This document shows positions 59,631 through 64,000 of a DNA stretch of 64,000 bases, in pieces. Source of the DNA: Marsupella aquatica (Eukaryota > Plantae > Marchantiophyta). The position numbers were made by a program, and so were the translations under genes. Where the stretch lies: assembly GCA_973895155.1 (NCBI GenBank), contig OZ316896.1, positions 2,604,001 to 2,668,000 of the forward strand, in the 5' to 3' direction. Below the pieces are notes generated by a model. The model was given only the letters and a program-made list of their open reading frames with translations, did not search any database and was not told the origin of the DNA. Numbering within the stretch: the stretch's first letter is position 1; each line of letters starts with the position of its first letter.

Positions 59631-62600
59631 CTAATCGTAGCGTGGCTTCCTGAACAAGTCACGTGCTGATTGGACTTTCTCATTTATTCGCTGGCGGGGT
59701 CTAAATTTGCGCTCAAGCCGCCTCCACCAGCTGGGGCGAATGCCATAGAGTCTCTTCAAAAACCATAGCATTGCCAGCAGACATAGAGAAACACCAACGA
59801 CCACAGTGGCTGTCATAGTTCTAGTATATTTCAAAAGGGGCGGCAGTGACGCGTACCCGCCTGCCGCAAAGGCTCCTAGAATGAAAACCAAAGAGAACAC
59901 GAGCAATGTGGATGTAGCGACCAAAGTTCTCTTCACAAATTTGACTTCTAGCCCGATGAAAATCTCCAAGGTCGGCAGCACAGCCCCTGCTCCGGCAATA
60001 ACAGTTGCTATAGCGGAAAAGAAGGAAAGGGAGTTGAAGACCCAGAACACTCTCATACTGAAGCGCTGCTCCACTGCAGCAAAACTCTCATATGTTCCTG
60101 GCACACCTGGCACCTCAAACTGGGGATATGGTGTAAAACCTACAAATAGATTTGCGCATGATCTGTCAGGTTCATGTCATGCCATGAGGTAGGTCTGCAA
60201 ATCTACTGATTGGAAAATTCGGGATCAAGTAAAAGGTCAACTTGTAGTAATCTATTGAACCCAGTAGAATGTGGGAGACAAGAATTTTCCTTCGTGAGAA
60301 CAAATTGCAAGATTTTATGTGTCCGCACAAGGCCCATTTGTTAGAACTGCAAACAATGGCAATCGCAGCTCCAGCAATTCAACTATTAAAGCTGAAAGGA
60401 ATTTCGGAGAACTACATACAGGGATTCTAGTGACGAATTCAACTAATATCCTGATCTTTCAACGCAAGTGCTTCCAGCACCTCCACAAGATTTCATGGTA
60501 AACATGGAATTGTGATCTTCATTAGGTGCGCATTCGCAGGAAGTCCTCACAACCCTCCGAGATTCTAAGACTGCTCTCATGAATTAGATCAGCAGAATCT
60601 ATAGGCAACCATAAATGTTTGAATTAAAGATGCAACTGGATGAAGTAAACCACCGCTGGAAAAGTGGGACCAACTTACCTGCAGGAGGTTGCAACCATCC
60701 TGCAAATGTCACACTGGCGATAAGTGCTGCTCCCAGAAGCATGGTGTTGGCAGCATCAACAAAAACCTGCCTGTTTCTATAAAATCGGTCAACGTAGTCC
60801 CTCACATCTGGTCGATCAAGGAGTAACTTCTCCACGTCCTTCTTCTTGCCCTCCACCGCAACTTGGAGTGCAGTTCGATCAAACTTGTCCTCCGCATTAG
60901 CTCTGCACGATGGTTTATTGATCAGAACTCTCACCACAGCTGCTTTTCCAGCCACAGCAGCGTAATGTAGTGGCGTCTGTTGATCGCCATCCTCGGAATT
61001 GATTTCCATGCCTGGGATGTCGGCCAGGATATCCACGAGTTTTTCAAGACCTGCAATAGCTTACATACAGGAAACGTCCGATCTATCAAGAAGAGAAAGA
61101 AACATGAACTTCCAAAAAGGTCCATACCGAATGGACCCCATAGGACTTCCTGATAATCATGATGAAAGATATGAGGTTACACAATGACCCTCCACTGTCA
61201 TGGTGTAACAGTAGTGGTACTGAATTTCCTGCACCTGCTTGTGTAGACCGTGCCACTTTGCAAAAGTGTTGATAAGCATAAGAGAAGAAGGCGATTCCAG
61301 CGTATTTAGGAAGAATGCAACATAACATGCTTGTAGGTAGCGAGAAAGAGAAAACAACCTGCGAAAGCTGCATGGTGGAGTAGTGTAACATTGGTCTTTT
61401 CGTGAGTTCTAATCTCTACATTTAATTCAATCAACTGAGTCTCAAGCTCTTGCAGCAAGAAGAAGACATCATCATATTTCAGCTTCTCCATGGCCACCGT
61501 CAGGAGTTCCCCACAATTGTTCAACTTCTTTTCATGAGTCTCATGGCCCCGAGCTATGAAGTTTTTGTAACCCCTCTTGCTCAATAGATTTCCGAGCTTC
61601 TCCCAAACTTCGAACTTTTCCCTATATTTCCCACAAGTTATTCATATAAGTACAGGGATTTCCATGTTACAATTCAAATGACTTGGCTGTACGGAACGAG
61701 TAAAGGACCAACCTGAAGTTCCCCAGCAGGTCCCACAGCAGCTTGCTGTTCTTCGCAGACATGGCCATGTCAAATACCGATTCGTGCTCACCGTTCTCCA
61801 AATGAACGTCAGTGCTAGGATTTTTTAACAGCGCTTTCACTACCTCTTCCCTATCCTTCTCCACAGCGTAATGTAGAGGAGTCACTTTCCTCCGCTTCTC
61901 TCTAATATTGTATTGGGCCAAGTTTGGACGGGGAAGATTCTCCCAATCCACATCCTGTTTCAGACAATTTGAGGGTTACATGGGAACTGGTGAGTGCTAG
62001 ACAAAAGGCAAACAAACCTCTTTTCATCTTATAAAATCCTAAACGTGTGATGAAGTATTGCAATGTGTAGGCATATGTCTGAGTGCTTCACGTCGAGGCA
62101 GACGTCGCAACTGCTGCCTGACCTAAAGACCCTACTTGCTGAAAGCCCGAGACACAAACTTTAGAGCAAACGGACAGAGTTGTTAATGTCTGGGCTCTGG
62201 AAGTATGGGCGCTACCATTTGTTGTCTAAAGACAATACTTGATGCAGAGGAGATAAAGGGAAGCTCTGAGTAATACCCGTAATCTATTCAGTTGGACAAA
62301 TTTAACTTCACAAAATACTAGAGCTACGAGGTCAATAGAGTGCCATAAGTAAAAGTAAACCAAGCAGACAAAGAAAAGCAGTGTCAAAAATATTGGCAAT
62401 CACTGACAGAACTTTACTTATAAAGCAATTTGACAATTAATAAGGCCAGAGAATTGGACAGCATGAGTGAAATTTAGAGAGAGTGACAGAAAATCCAGTA
62501 TGAGCAAACCTTCTGCAAGGCGGAGATTTTATCTAACGTACTCAGGTTACTCCCGGCCTCCTTATTGGGTTCAACATCAGAGACACCCTCCTCATCAAGG

Positions 62601-63394
62601 TGATTTAGTAGCAACCTGACGAGCTCGGAGTACCCTTTCCAAGAAGCCAAATGCAAAGCTGTAAATCCATCCTGATCAGCTGCATTCACATTCAGAAACT
62701 TCAAGGAGAGAAGCTCCCCAACCACATTGGAATTCCCTTGCCAAACAGCATGGTGTAAGGGTGTCCATCCGATGCAATCCCTTGCATTGCCTGCCACAAT
62801 CAACTCCTCTTGCGATAACCTGGCCAATTCACAGCCCTCCCAGATCAGTCTGACCACGGCCTCACTCTTGATGGCAGCCATGTGGAGAGGGGTGAATGAC
62901 TCCTGCGTGGTCCGAGCGTTGAAGAGCTCTATGCTGGGCACTTTGGCGTTCTTTACATGTTGGATGAGCTGCTGGACTATGTTGACATGCCCCTCAAACG
63001 AGGCAACATGGAGGGCAGTGATACCCCCCTTGGCTCTTGCGTGAATGTCAATGTCCGGGCGTTCCAGTAGAAGGTGCACAATCTTTTCATGGCCCTTCTT
63101 GGCGGCGACGATGAGAGGGGTGCGCTCCAGCTCGTCCCGCTTGTTCACGTCGTGGCCCTTCAGAGTCAGGAAGTAAGTTAGCTGCCGCTCCTGATTCTGG
63201 CTCGCCGCATGGTGAAGCGTCATTTTGGGTGTAGATGATGACGAGACTTTGGTTTCACCATGATCCTCTGGTTGCGCTCCAAACGAAGTTGGGAGCCTCC
63301 GCCCCGATGTCGTCAGCTCGAGCTCCAATGGATGACGATCGCCCTGGGCACCGGTCATCCCTCGTCCTCCTTTCTCTCTTTCCCTTACGTTCAT
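59631..63394 (-). CDS. Ankyrin-repeat + PGG-domain transmembrane protein (ACD6/ITN1-like), paralog B, ~756 aa
   Basis: Exons 63394-62510, 61954-61713, 61621-61359, 61050-60679, 60139-59631 (2271 nt, frame kept). Ankyrin repeats, NTMLLGAALIASVTFAGWLQPPAG, FWVFNSLSFF and TM helices. Collinear with paralog A. Confidence 0.92.
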
Positions 63395-64000
63395 TTACTG
63401 CATGTTCGCGATTCCAAATTTGACCTGCTTTTCCAAAATAATGCCACTATCGTGACCAGCAAACTTCTGATCATTGCAATTCTTACTACAGCTGATCCCA
63501 CGCAGAGTACGGTACGGTAGAATAGAGCCAGACGATGACGTTGTATGGGAAGGGGAGCACGCGCCTCCTGCTAGAGAATGAGAGAGTAGATTCGTCGAAC
63601 CCTGTTGAAGGGAAGGGAGAAGATGATGAATGTGCTGTTCAGTTCACCAGACTGCTTGTCAAGAGGAGCGAACTGCTTAGTCTGGAGCCGACTGGGCCCA
63701 ACGAGGACAGGTTATGATTCCGTTATATTGGATTGGTTTAGTTTGGGGTGGTTTTGGAGAGTCCCTCAACAAAAGAGTACAGATTAATGGGCGCTTTCGT
63801 GTGGTTGATAGATAGCATTGCAGTTGATCGCCCAGAATTGTGACTAAGCCCACTGAGCTCATTCGACCGATTCAAGGAGACGCGAGTGAGTAATAGTTCC
63901 CATTGAAGGTCTTCTGACTCCAATGAGAGGAGGAGAGGCGGCGGGAAAAGTTCAACTCGTTTGCAGAATCGAAGTCAGCACACAGACATCGATTTCAGAG

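Overview
Eukaryotic, intron-rich land-plant nuclear DNA. It is most likely a bryophyte; a liverwort is suggested by the style of the retrotransposon ORF, but this is inference and was not checked. Six spliced protein genes can be rebuilt by hand from GT-AG junctions: the 3' part of a type II NAD(P)H dehydrogenase (NDA type, +), a pheophytinase-like alpha/beta hydrolase (-), a trihelix/ASR3-like transcription factor (+), two paralogous ankyrin-repeat + PGG-domain membrane proteins (both -), and a 21-exon ABCC/MRP transporter apparently lacking TMD0 (+). There is also one tRNA-Glu(UUC) and a decayed GH19 chitinase pseudogene. The intergenic blocks (about 8.2-18.1 kb and 27-38 kb) are transposon graveyards. 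They hold a disrupted retrotransposon-associated ORF, a ~640-bp foldback palindrome interrupted by an 8-bp-TSD MITE (second copy at 34.7 kb), three non-autonomous Helitrons (two head-to-tail), further MITE-like hairpins and minisatellites. Three L1-type 3' fragments, two with clean TSDs, lie at 8.3, 44 and 57 kb. No CRISPR array or prokaryotic system is present. The most notable points are the two ANK-PGG paralogs sharing no intron position (including a near-intron pair 21 nt apart) plus a conserved non-ankyrin insert, the short-form ABCC, the nested foldback/MITE structure, and possible clustering of defence-type genes.
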